Shown piece after piece: positions 12,046 to 24,899 of a stretch of DNA of 64,000 nucleotides. The stretch is from NCBI GenBank assembly GCA_964016885.1, contig OZ024750.1, positions 17,174,001 through 17,238,000 on the forward strand. Direction: 5' to 3'. Every line of letters starts with the position of its first letter. Positions within the stretch are counted from its first letter, which is position 1. The stretch is from Eledone cirrhosa. Lineage: Eukaryota. The notes below the pieces were generated by a model. The model saw only the letters and a list, made by a program, of their open reading frames with translations, did no database searches and was not told the DNA's origin. The position numbers and the translations under genes are program-made.

Positions 12046-12457
12046 TAAACGTGTGTGCTCGTGTGTCATACATAACCCTCTTTTCCTCACGCTTCATCAC
12101 TTTTACCCTTCCACCCCCTCACTAATGCTCCCTCCCTCTCTCTTGACCCTTCACCACCCACCCACCCTCTTCTCACTCACACCTACCCTCAGTAGAAGAT
12201 ATAAATCACAGTAGCTTTTCTCTACACCCCCACGTCTCCTATCTCACCGACACCCGTCCTCCCCGTTGACTATATATTTCAGTAATGTAGCCCCACATCA
12301 CCCAACACGTATCTACCCGAGACAGACACACTGTAAATCACGCACTATCCACCCGGTACCCAGCTAAACGCTATACGCTTGCCTTAATCTAACCTTGCTG
12401 TTGGCAGATTCATAGAGTTTCGACATATTTATTTAGTTATAACTAACAGTCTGCGAG

Positions 12458-12566
12458 TATATATAAATATATACATATATATATACATAGATACATACAT
12501 ACATACATATATACATACATACATATATATATATACATAAGATATATATTTATATACATATATATA

Positions 12567-12648
<82 letters not shown>

Positions 12649-12655
12649 ACATATA

Positions 12656-12715
<60 letters not shown>

Positions 12716-12722
12716 ACATATA

Positions 12723-12764
<42 letters not shown>

Positions 12765-12771
12765 ACATATA

Positions 12772-12823
<52 letters not shown>

Positions 12824-12830
12824 ACATATA

Positions 12831-12876
<46 letters not shown>

Positions 12877-12894
12877 ACATATATATTTATATAC

Positions 12895-12945
<51 letters not shown>

Positions 12946-12954
12946 TAACATATA

Positions 12955-12994
<40 letters not shown>

Positions 12995-13003
12995 TAACAT
13001 ATA

Positions 13004-13045
<42 letters not shown>

Positions 13046-13074
13046 ACATATATATTTATATACATATGTATATA

Positions 13075-13146
<72 letters not shown>

Positions 13147-13155
13147 TATATATAT
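12458..13155. repeat. (TA)n array with periodic cataacatatatattt interruption
   Basis: About 9 recurrences of the interruption motif separated by variable (TA)n. Confidence 0.88.
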
Positions 13156-13331
13156 AGGAATGAGTAGGACCCCGACGGCTGAGCTCAAGCCGTTTCGACG
13201 GCTAATTCTGGACCAGAATTAGCCGTCGCAGCCGTCGGGGTCCTACTCGTTCCTATTACCCACTCTACCTTAAGTATTGAGTACTTTGGTGCGTTACGGT
13301 CCACCTGGTTCCTTACCACATTTCCTTCGTT
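13154..13331. mobile_element. Family D fold-back cassette with HHR 3' half
   Basis: Palindrome 13154-13256 centred at 13212; minus strand reads gccgtc-GAAA-cggc..gccg-TC-gggg; homologous to 52811-53008. Confidence 0.7.
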
Positions 13332-13827
13332 ATATATATATATACTGTATATATATATACTTGTATGTGTTTGTATGTATATGTGTGCAAATCTGTATGT
13401 TTCTGCGTACGTGTGTGCATGTCTGTCTATGTTCGTTTGTGTGTGTGTTTGTGTGTGGTCATATGACTTATTTATCGCATGGAAATCTGTTTTCGTACAT
13501 GTCTGCATGTTCCAACCTTGTCACTTCAACCAAAAACCCTGGACATTGCCAACGCAGTCGAGCCGAAGATATCCAAATGTCCTCAGTTCCAAGAGTACTG
13601 TTTTCCTTCGCAAAATCGGAAGGTAGAATGGCTTATGCAGTGGGTGTAGCTGGCTACTCTCCGTCATTCTTATCTGCCGGACACAACTAAGATATGCCGT
13701 TCAGCCAAACGATATAGAGTTTGTTTCACTCTTTTACCTTCCTCTTTGTTTCGTTAGTTAACTCCCCCTCCCCTCACTGTTTTTCGTTTTTTTTCTTTTC
13801 TCCATTTTATTATTTTAAGTCTTTTTA

Positions 13828-14049
13828 GGACGGTGGATTGTCAGAATCCGTAGAAGGTCGGACACCATTCTCTGCAATATACAGTTATAATCCTTTACGT
13901 TCTAAGTTCAAATCCTGCCGAGGTTAGCTTTGCCTTTCATCCTTACGGGGTCGCTAAAATAAAGTACCAGTCACGCACTGGGGTCGATTTAATCGATTTT
14001 CCCCTCCTCCAAAATTGCTGGCCTTGTGCCTAAAGTAGAAACAATTATT
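13828..14049 (+). mobile_element. SINE family 1, long variant, full length
   Basis: Diverged A box, B box aagttcaaatcct, core, insert and tail. Confidence 0.86.
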
Positions 14050-14052
14050 TTA

Positions 14053-14092
<40 letters not shown>

Positions 14093-14098
<6 letters not shown>

Positions 14099-14173
14099 AC
14101 CCTCACTCTCAAGAGCGTGAAACTAATAAACCTTTGTTTGTACTGCCTCTCTGTTTTGTTCCCGTTCTATTTT

Positions 14174-14180
<7 letters not shown>
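14093..14180 (+). mobile_element. Family A tail fragment between (TA)n tracts
   Basis: cactctcaagagcgtgaaactaataaac..ttttgttcccgtt matches about 5129-5200. Confidence 0.7.
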
Positions 14181-14256
<76 letters not shown>

Positions 14257-14257
14257 A

Positions 14258-14299
14258 CTTCTACAGGACTAGAACTGTTTCATTCGGGAGAAATCATCA
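14258..14299 (-). ncRNA. Family E HHR truncated at the start of the core by (TA)n
   Basis: Minus strand TGATGA tttc tccc gaat GAAA cag ttctagtc ctg TA gaag; homologous to 16195-16245. Confidence 0.6.
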
Positions 14300-14369
14300 T
14301 ATATGCATACATATATATATATATATGAAATAAAACAAGGACATGTGGTACTCCTTTATTACGTTTATT

Positions 14370-14420
<51 letters not shown>

Positions 14421-14629
14421 CGTGTGTGTGTGTGCGTGTGCGTGTGTGTGGGTGTGTGAGGGTGTGGGTGTGTGCGCGCGTGTGTGTATGTGTGTGTGTT
14501 TGGGCCAACACCCACCTGCTATGTTGTGTGCAAACATACAACACATTTTCTAAGGTCTTGCTCACATGCATAACACGCAAACACACACAAACACACTCAC
14601 AAACACACACATCTAGAAACTTCCCCACA

Positions 14630-14675
<46 letters not shown>

Positions 14676-14879
14676 CACCTGAACGAAGTACTGCTGTACC
14701 TAAATACCCGATTTATTGAACAATTAGACCGACTGTGGTGGTATAATGTGCAGCGGGGTGTCCAAGTTTCGGGCTCGACTGCACGTGCATGTGGGTAGCT
14801 CGTGTATTGGTGTATGTGTGCACGTATTAATGTGTGTGCGTGTGAATGTGGATGAAAGCGTGTTGAAGTACGTGATTGT

Positions 14880-16837
<1,958 letters not shown>

Positions 16838-16840
<3 letters not shown>

Positions 16841-16945
16841 CGATGGAAGTGTGGTAAGGAACCAGGTGGGCCATAACGTATCAGACTACTCGCTACTTAG
16901 GGTAGTAGGGTGGGTAATAGGAAAAGAGTTAGATACTTTTCCTAT

Positions 16946-16950
<5 letters not shown>
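16838..16950 (-). mobile_element. Family D tail fragment
   Basis: gtggtaaggaaccaggtgggccataacg is a reverse-complement match to about 13292-13319. Confidence 0.7.
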
Positions 16951-17000
<50 letters not shown>

Positions 17001-17002
<2 letters not shown>

Positions 17003-17190
17003 GTATAATACTGGAGGGTTATATCTGTAGTAGTAGACCACTCAGTCCATGTGACGAGTTTGGTAGAAGTAGTTCCACAAGAGTTAGTTCACCAAATCGA
17101 GAACAAATGTTTCATTAGCTCGGTCCTCAGATCCGCATAAGGTGAAACATTTGTTCTCGGTTTGGTGAACTAACCGTTGTGGAATTACTT
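17001..17190. mobile_element. Family C fold-back cassette centred on HHR remnants
   Basis: Palindrome 17067-17190; right arm gatccgcataaggtGAAACatttgTTctcg; homologous to 6648-6879. Confidence 0.68.
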
Positions 17191-17335
17191 ATATATATAT
17201 TTATATATATTCATTAGTTAAGCAAAACAAGACCATAAATTTCACAAGGAAGACATTATTAAAAGATTGTCAACATATTTTAGTTTGATGTAAGGAATGT
17301 AGAAAATAATAATAATAATAATATTAATAATGTCC

Positions 17336-17454
17336 GTTTACAATTGTTTCGCTACTCCATATAATATTTCTGGATCAGATGACTATATATCATAATTGAT
17401 CTGGTTCAGTTGAAAATAATTAACATATTAAAAGACAGAGTGGCTCATCGGAAC
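17336..17454 (-). ncRNA. Type I HHR motif with large loop 2 (U4C variant)
   Basis: Minus strand gtt-CCGATGA-gccactc...gagtagc-GAAA-caattg-TA-aac; palindromic stem III acaattgt. Confidence 0.6.
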
Positions 17455-17577
17455 TTCAAAGGAATATAAATTAAAATAATGAGAGAATGTAACATAATAT
17501 AATAATAATAATATATATATATATATATATATATAATACGGGGACGGTTTGTTAAGCCTTCATTACATTTATTGATT

Positions 17578-17662
17578 GGTGACGCGTGTTTCGCTATTGA
17601 TCAGCTCAAAGTTCGATCTGCATCGATCTGGCGCGACTCTTGAATCAAAAGCTCATCGGACC
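17578..17662 (-). ncRNA. Type I HHR motif with extended stem II (U4C variant)
   Basis: Minus strand ggt-CCGATGA-gcttttgatt...gatcaatagc-GAAA-cacgcg-TC-acc; 9 of 10 pairs at the base of stem II. Confidence 0.65.
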
Positions 17663-17693
17663 TCTGCTGTTGTAACTTCACGTTGCACTCCTT

Positions 17694-17786
<93 letters not shown>

Positions 17787-18434
17787 TACATATCAATATA
17801 TATATATATATATACAGGTAAAATTCTATTATAACGAATATAAGAGCAATAGCACCAACAGTAGAGTTTATATAGAAAAAAATAAACCATCAATGGTTTT
17901 CTGTCGGATTCGGTCGATACCTTAACAGAAAAACCAATTCTATTTGACTATGAAATATATCTTCCATCTTCTGTTTTCTACGGTACCTCTCTGATTTCAG
18001 AGCTCCTCCTTCATTGCATCTATTTCCTCAGATACTAACACCGCTATGGTCTCTCTTTGATTTTAGCGTCCCTGTTTCATCTGATCATAATACCTTTTTT
18101 TTTATTTCAGTATACATCCCTCAACGCTTCTATTTCATCTGATTCTAACAAACTTTACTATACTTTCCTTATTACTTTCTTTCCTAAGCCTTTTTCCCTA
18201 TGTCATTGTTAATGCACGCCTTTCATTATCTCCCTTCGATCAACGCTCTTTTTTGTTTTGTTTGGTACTGTAACGGCCTTATTTTTTTCATTTTTAAGTC
18301 GCCTTCTATGGTCTTGGTAGCCATTTTGGTGTGTTCATTTATCAATTGCCATCTTGAGCAAATATGTCCGTATATTTGTTGTTTAAATTCACGTTATTAT
18401 TGGATGTATGTGTGTTGTATATGGGTATGTATGC

Positions 18435-18467
<33 letters not shown>

Positions 18468-18489
18468 TGTATGTATGTATGTATGTATG

Positions 18490-18522
<33 letters not shown>

Positions 18523-18581
18523 GTGTTTATGCATTCGTGTACACATATACAATATATGATTAACTCACGTATACATGTGCA

Positions 18582-18650
<69 letters not shown>

Positions 18651-19262
18651 TCATATATATAGTTACAAACAAACCGGTACACATACAAAACACTACCAAC
18701 TTACATTAAAGTAGACCTCGTGCTTCTAAAAAGTACTCAAATTTAAAAAATCAGACACACTCACACATAGATATACCCATAACGAAGCAAATTCACACGC
18801 CTGCAGATACGTTCACACGCAAGCATACACAATGAAGCGGGGAAAAAGTGTACAACACACACACAAACAAAATCTACCTCAGAACGCCATAAGCAAAGGA
18901 AAAAGCGATATAAACATAAACTGATCTGGTATGAGTGTATCTTTTTGTATGTGTTGTTATTTGTATGACTAATGGTCTAATGGTGATGTACTTTTGTTTA
19001 AAACCTGGCGGAGTTTTCATATAATGTTAGTGATGGTATTCAATTTAAAAATGAAATATATATGTGTGTGTGTGTGCGTATGTATGTGTGTGAAGGGAGT
19101 CTTGTTCGCGTATGTCCTTGTATGTGCGTCTGTGTCAGTATATGTATATGTAAGCCTATGTGTGTGTGTGTGTGTGAGTGTGTCGATATATTCACTAGTA
19201 AGGGTACTATTGTTTAAAGACGTGATGGAGATTTCGTTAAACCTATATAAAGTTACTGACAG

Positions 19263-19298
<36 letters not shown>

Positions 19299-19564
19299 CA
19301 TACATACATGGGCATATATATATATATATGTATATATATATGTTTGTGTGTTTGTGTGTGTGTGTGTGTTTATATATATAATGGGTACTGATATTGTTTG
19401 ACTTGTAAATGGTGTAATCAATAACACCCCTAGTTCTTACCGGGGTTACCGCCCTTGATTCTCACGTTTGTTTTCAAAAAATAACCGAGTGAGGTCGTCA
19501 CGATCCCACTTTCATACAAATCACGCCGAACAACGCGTGTCGTGATTTCTCCTGTTGTCTTGCA

Positions 19565-20765
19565 GGATGGACGGCTGGCTGGATGGTTTGTCGGCTGATT
19601 AACATGGCTGGTTGTTTGGTTAATTGGCTGTTTGGCTAGCTGGTTAGTTGTGTAGCTGGCTGGCCTGTTGGCTGGTCGGTTGCTGGCCGGCTGGCTGGTT
19701 GGCTTGTTGGCTGGTTGGTTGGATGGCTAGTTGGGTGGCTGGTTGGTTGGTTAGGCGGTTGGTTGGCTTGTTGGCTGACTGGTTGGCTGGTTTTTTGGCT
19801 GGTTTGTTGGTTGGCTGGACGGTTGGCTGATTTCCTGCTGGTTAGTTGTGTAGCTGGCTGAGTGATTGACTGGTTGGTTGGCTGGAGGCTCGTTAGCTGA
19901 TTAGCTGATTAGTTGAGTGGCTGGCTAGTCGGATGGTTGACTGACGGGTTGTTGCTTGGTTGCCTGGGTTGCTGCTTAGTTGCCTGGGTTGCTGCTTGGT
20001 TGCCTGGGTGGTTGGCTGTTTAGGTAGTTGGCTGGTTAGCTTGTTTGTTGCTTTGTTGGTTGGCTGGTTGGCTGGTTAGTTGATTGGTTAGTTGATTGGT
20101 TGGTTGATTAGTTGCCAGATTGGCAGGTTAGTTGGCTAGCTGGTTGATTAGTTATCTGGTTGATTGGTTGATTGGTTGATTGGTTGGTTGGTTGGTTAGT
20201 TAGCTGGTTGGTTGGTTAGTTAGTTGGTTGATAGGTTGGGTGATTACTTGGCTAGTTGGTTGGCTGGTTAGTTGATTGGTTGGTTGATTAGTTGGCTGGT
20301 TGGTTTGTTAGTTGGTTGATTGGTTGATTGGTTGGTTGATTAGTTAGCTGGCTGGTTATTTAGTTGGTTGGTTGATTGGTTGATTGGTTGATTGGTTGTT
20401 TGGCTGGTTAGTTGGTTGGTTGGTAGATTGGTTGATTAGTTGGCTAGTTTGGTGGTTGGTTGGTTGAAGGTTAGCTTGTTGGAAGATTGTATGATTGATC
20501 GTTTCGTCTGATTGTTAGTGGTGGTGATAGTGGTGGTGTGATAATGGTTGTTGCTGTTGCTGCTGTTGGTGTTGTTGTTGTTGTTGTTGGTGGTGGTGGG
20601 GGTGGCGATGGTGTGACAATGGTTGTTGCTGTTGTTGTTGTTGGTGTGGTGGTGGTGATAGTGTTGTTGTTGGTGTGGTGGTGGTGATAGTGGTGGGGTG
20701 ATAATGGTTGTTGCTGTTGTTGTTGTTGGTGGTGGTGAAAGTGGTGGGGTGATAATGGTTGTTGC

Positions 20766-20796
<31 letters not shown>

Positions 20797-20820
20797 GGTG
20801 GTGGTAATGGTGGTAGTGAT
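19565..20820. repeat. (GGTT/GGCT)n then (GGT/GTT)n low-complexity repeats
   Basis: Visible tetra- and trinucleotide repeats. Confidence 0.9.
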
Positions 20821-21176
20821 AATAGCGCATGGTTAAGTAAATGTACGTTATATGTGTGTGTGAAGGACATGCGTGCGTGTGTAGGGATAGTCACTGAGTG
20901 TGTTTGTGTGCGTGTATGTGGGGGTGGGGGTTGTATGTGTGTGTGTTAATGTTTGTGTTTGTGTTCAAGGTGCATTTGCAGCGTAGCAAAAGGCGGATCA
21001 GGAGAGGTAAACACAGTCATATGTGGGGGGAGGGGGGCCCATGTCACACATATGACGTCATCATAACAGTGTCACTGATAAATATTTTGGAAGAACAAGA
21101 ATATATATTTACACATGTATGTATATATGTATGCATGTATATATGTATATATATGTATGCATGTGTGTTTGTATAA

Positions 21177-21232
<56 letters not shown>

Positions 21233-21569
21233 GTATGTGTGTCTGTGTTCACGTAAGCATTCATACATACATACGTACTTGCATGTATGTATTATGTGTG
21301 TATGTATAGTATGAAGGCGCCGTGAGAAAGGTGAGAAAGAGGAGGTAAACTTGATTAATTTATGAAACGATTTTATCTTAGATAAAGACGTAGTTTGATA
21401 GCTGTATATTGTAATCAGATAATAACTAGAACAGAGGTTTAGCTGAGGAAGTAGAGCGATGGACTAAATGTTTCACTATTTTCTAAAATTTCTGAGTAAG
21501 ATCCCAACTGAGTTCAGGTTTGTTATTCATCACTGTTGAATTGGTAAATGCTACTACTGCTGTTGCTGT

Positions 21570-21607
<38 letters not shown>

Positions 21608-21774
21608 GTGATGGTGATATTGATGAAAATGATTAGACTAAATTAAAAAAATGTTTTTAAGATTTTTTTGTTTTTGTCCTCTCGAGATACCAATGAAGAC
21701 AACTTTTGAATTTATCAGTTATTTTGTAAATAGCTAATGTAAGTAAGTTAAAATTATATCAGATAAAGATGATA

Positions 21775-21947
21775 TCATATGGAAAGTGCTTGAAAAATCC
21801 ACGCCATACAAAAGCGGAAGCAAGAAATGCTCGATCTGCGTATGTGAGAAATTCGAGATCTTACAGAGTTTATACTCACCGGATATATACCTCAACTCAA
21901 AGACAGAAATCATCAGATTTTGCTTGCTTAAAAAAAAACATTTTTAT
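21775..21947 (+). pseudogene. Penelope-like element endonuclease C-terminal remnant (GIY-YIG region)
   Basis: IWKVLEKSTPYKSGSKKCSICVCEKFEILQSLYSPDIYLNSKTEIIRFC fits the W.IL..A.PY..GS..C.LC..EK..I..LN...E....C pattern recalled for some PLE ORF ends; the GIY-YIG motif itself is not visible. Confidence 0.68.
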
Positions 21948-22014
21948 CCAACTGGAAGCCCAAACCGCAAGGCATCATCTCACCTTCCCTCCCTTCCACC
22001 CAGTCTGAAGATCC

Positions 22015-22365
22015 CTAAAAATAGTCGTAACCACTGTCCGTCACTAAATGGTCGTAGCCGTTGCCCATCACTAAATAGTCGTGACCACTGTCCATCACTA
22101 AATGGACGTAGTCACTGTCCATCACTAAATGGTCATAGCCACCGTGCATCACTAAATGGACGTAGTCACTGTCCATCACTAAATGGTCATAGCCGCTGTC
22201 CATTACTAAATGGTTATAGCCACCGTGCATCACTAAATGGACGTAGTCACTGTCCAACATTAAATGGTCATAGCCGTTGTCCAACACTAAATGGTCATAG
22301 CTGCTGTCCATTACTAAATGGACGTAGTCACTGTCCAACACTAAATGGACATAGACATTGTCCAA
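22015..22365. repeat. 27-bp minisatellite, about 13 copies
   Basis: Unit cactaaatggacgtagtcactgtccat; 9-aa period SLNGRSHCP in ORF 21786-22400. Confidence 0.9.
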
Positions 22366-22449
22366 TAAACAATACTATAAAAACAACGTTTCTTCCATGA
22401 TACCAGGTTCAGCATACTCTGCTCCGTTAACCACCGTACATCACTGGTA

Positions 22450-23430
22450 CTGACACACACACACACTCTCTCTAACTCACCTTCACGCACACAATCTCAC
22501 ACTCTCTCTCTCCACTCACACACTCTCTCTGTTTCTCTCTCCTCACTCACACACTCTCTCTCTCTTACTCTCCTTCACTCACACACTCTCTCTGTCTCTC
22601 TTTCCCACTCCCACTCTCTCTCTCTTACTCTCCTTCACACACACTCGTGCACACATTCACATACACTCGTGCACACATTCACACACACTCGTGCACACAA
22701 TCACACACACACTCGCGCACATAGAGACACACACACTCGCGCACACAGACACACACACTCGTGCACACAATCACACACACACTCACGCACACACAGACAC
22801 ACACACTGGTGCACACAATCACACACGCTCGTGCACACAATCACACACACACTCGTGCACACAATCACACACACTCGTGCACACAATTGCACACACAGAC
22901 ACACACACACACTCGCACACACAGACACACATTCGTGCACACAATCACACACACTCGTATACACAGATACACACACTCGTGCACACACACACACACTCGC
23001 ACACACAGACACACACACACAGCAATCAATTTACAAGTACAATCAGGTACGTTATGTTACGTGTTAGTTTTCATGATTTGTATCACGAAGTTCCACAAAC
23101 CACAGTTTGTAACAAAGGACATGAAACAATCATAAAGTCACTCTGCCTTCTACCACTGCACTTCTCTCTTTCCGTCTCTCTCTCTCTCTCTCTCTCTCTC
23201 CTGCCTCTCCTCTTTCTCTCGGTCTTCCTCTCTGTCCCCCACTCTCTCCATCTCCCTCTCTCTCTCTCTCTCCATTATATATATATATCCTTTCTCTGTT
23301 GCATTCACTGTCTTCTATGTCGCTCGCTCTCCCCCTCTCTCTCTCTCTCTCTCCCTCTCTCCCTATCCCTCTCTCTCTCTCCCACTCTGTCTCTCTATCT
23401 CTCTCCCTCTCTCTGTCTCTCTCTCTCCCA
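22450..23430. repeat. CA- and CT-rich degenerate micro/minisatellites
   Basis: acactcgtgcacacaatcac variants and (CT)n tracts. Confidence 0.85.
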
Positions 23431-23665
23431 ATCCTCACTCTCCATCCCCACCACAGATGTAACGTCCGTCTGTTGGAGTTTGTCTCCCTTCCATGTCGTT
23501 TGTGGTCGTCATTTTAATCAATATAATAATTAATTTAACACACCTTTTAATTAGTTGACCTGCTGAGTATAGTGATTGCTGGTATATAGTGTGGGTAGTA
23601 GTGGCGGCGAGGAGGGGGAGCTGACGAGAAGTAGGTGGGTGGGGGGGGGGATTTAGCAGGAGACT

Positions 23666-24053
23666 GAAGAAGAAGAAGAAGAAGAAGAAGAAGAAGAAGA
23701 AGAAGAAGGAGAAGAAGAAGAAGAAGAAGGAGAAGAAGAAGAAGAAGAAGAAGAACAACAACAACAACAACAACAACAACGACAACGACAACGACAAGAA
23801 GAAGAAGAAGAAGAAGAATACACGTGTGTGTGTGGAGAAAAAGAGAGAGACAGGGGGACGGAGGAGGGAGATAAAGAATTAAAATATTTTAATCAAATTA
23901 GTAATTGGAATTAACTGAAATCAATAAGAAAGACACAAAGTGTTGATAATAAAAGAAACTTTAATTGGGGAACGATAGGACAATATGGATAGAAAGGGAG
24001 AGTAAAGGGGGGGGAGGGATAGATGGATATTTGGATAGATAGATGGATGGCTG

Positions 24054-24084
<31 letters not shown>

Positions 24085-24358
24085 AGGAAGATATGGAAGA
24101 TAGATAGATAGATACATAGATAGTTAGATGGATGGATAGATTGATAGATAGATAGATAGATAGAGAAAGAGAGATAGAGAGAAATAGGTAAATAGATAGA
24201 CAGACAGATAGATAGATAGATAGATAGATACATAGATAGTTAGATGGATGGATAGATTGATAGATATAGAAAGAGAGAGAGATAGAGAGAAATAGGTAAA
24301 CAGATAGATAGATAGATAGATAGATAGAGAGAGGGGGGAGATAGATGGTTAAATAGAC

Positions 24359-24393
<35 letters not shown>

Positions 24394-24530
24394 GAGATAG
24401 ATAGAGAGAGAGAGGGGGAGATAGATGGTTAAATAGATAGATAGAGAGAGAGAGAGAGGTGAATAGATAGATATATAGAGATAGGGGGGGGGGGAGATAG
24501 AGAGAGATAGCGAGAGAGATACTTAGATGG
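23666..24530. repeat. (GAA)n/(CAA)n then (GATA)n/(GA)n microsatellites
   Basis: Visible tracts. Confidence 0.88.
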
Positions 24531-24899
24531 TTAGATGTGAAAGATAGAAAGGAAGATAGATAGTGAGAGAGAAAGAATTTGGGGATAGACAGCGGTGTAA
24601 GGCGTGCGATGTGAACGATTTAAATTGTGAGATGTGAGAATTTTAAATTGGAGAAGAAAAACAATTGAAAAGAAAGAAATATAAGAAAAACTCTAGTATT
24701 TGGTTGTTGGTCTCTTCCCTGTGATTCTGTCTCGGATCAAAAGGAAAATCGTGGTTGAGGAACATCGGTGTTGCTTACATCTGAATAACGTCTGAGGTAG
24801 TCACTGAGGTGTGTGATGGGAACAGTAGGGGTAATGATAGAGGGAATGGTGGAGTGGATGGCGAGGAGGAAACGGTGGAGAGACGAAGGGGGAGATTGG

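Noticed and set aside
13505-13720. Unique island as a possible exon
   Set aside because: Open frames on both strands but no recognisable protein or convincing splice pair.
19565-20480. Telomere-like repeat
   Set aside because: GGTT/GGCT/TTAG mixture, not a TTAGGG array.
21440-21550. Very old SINE family 1 remnant
   Set aside because: Similarity too weak to support by eye.
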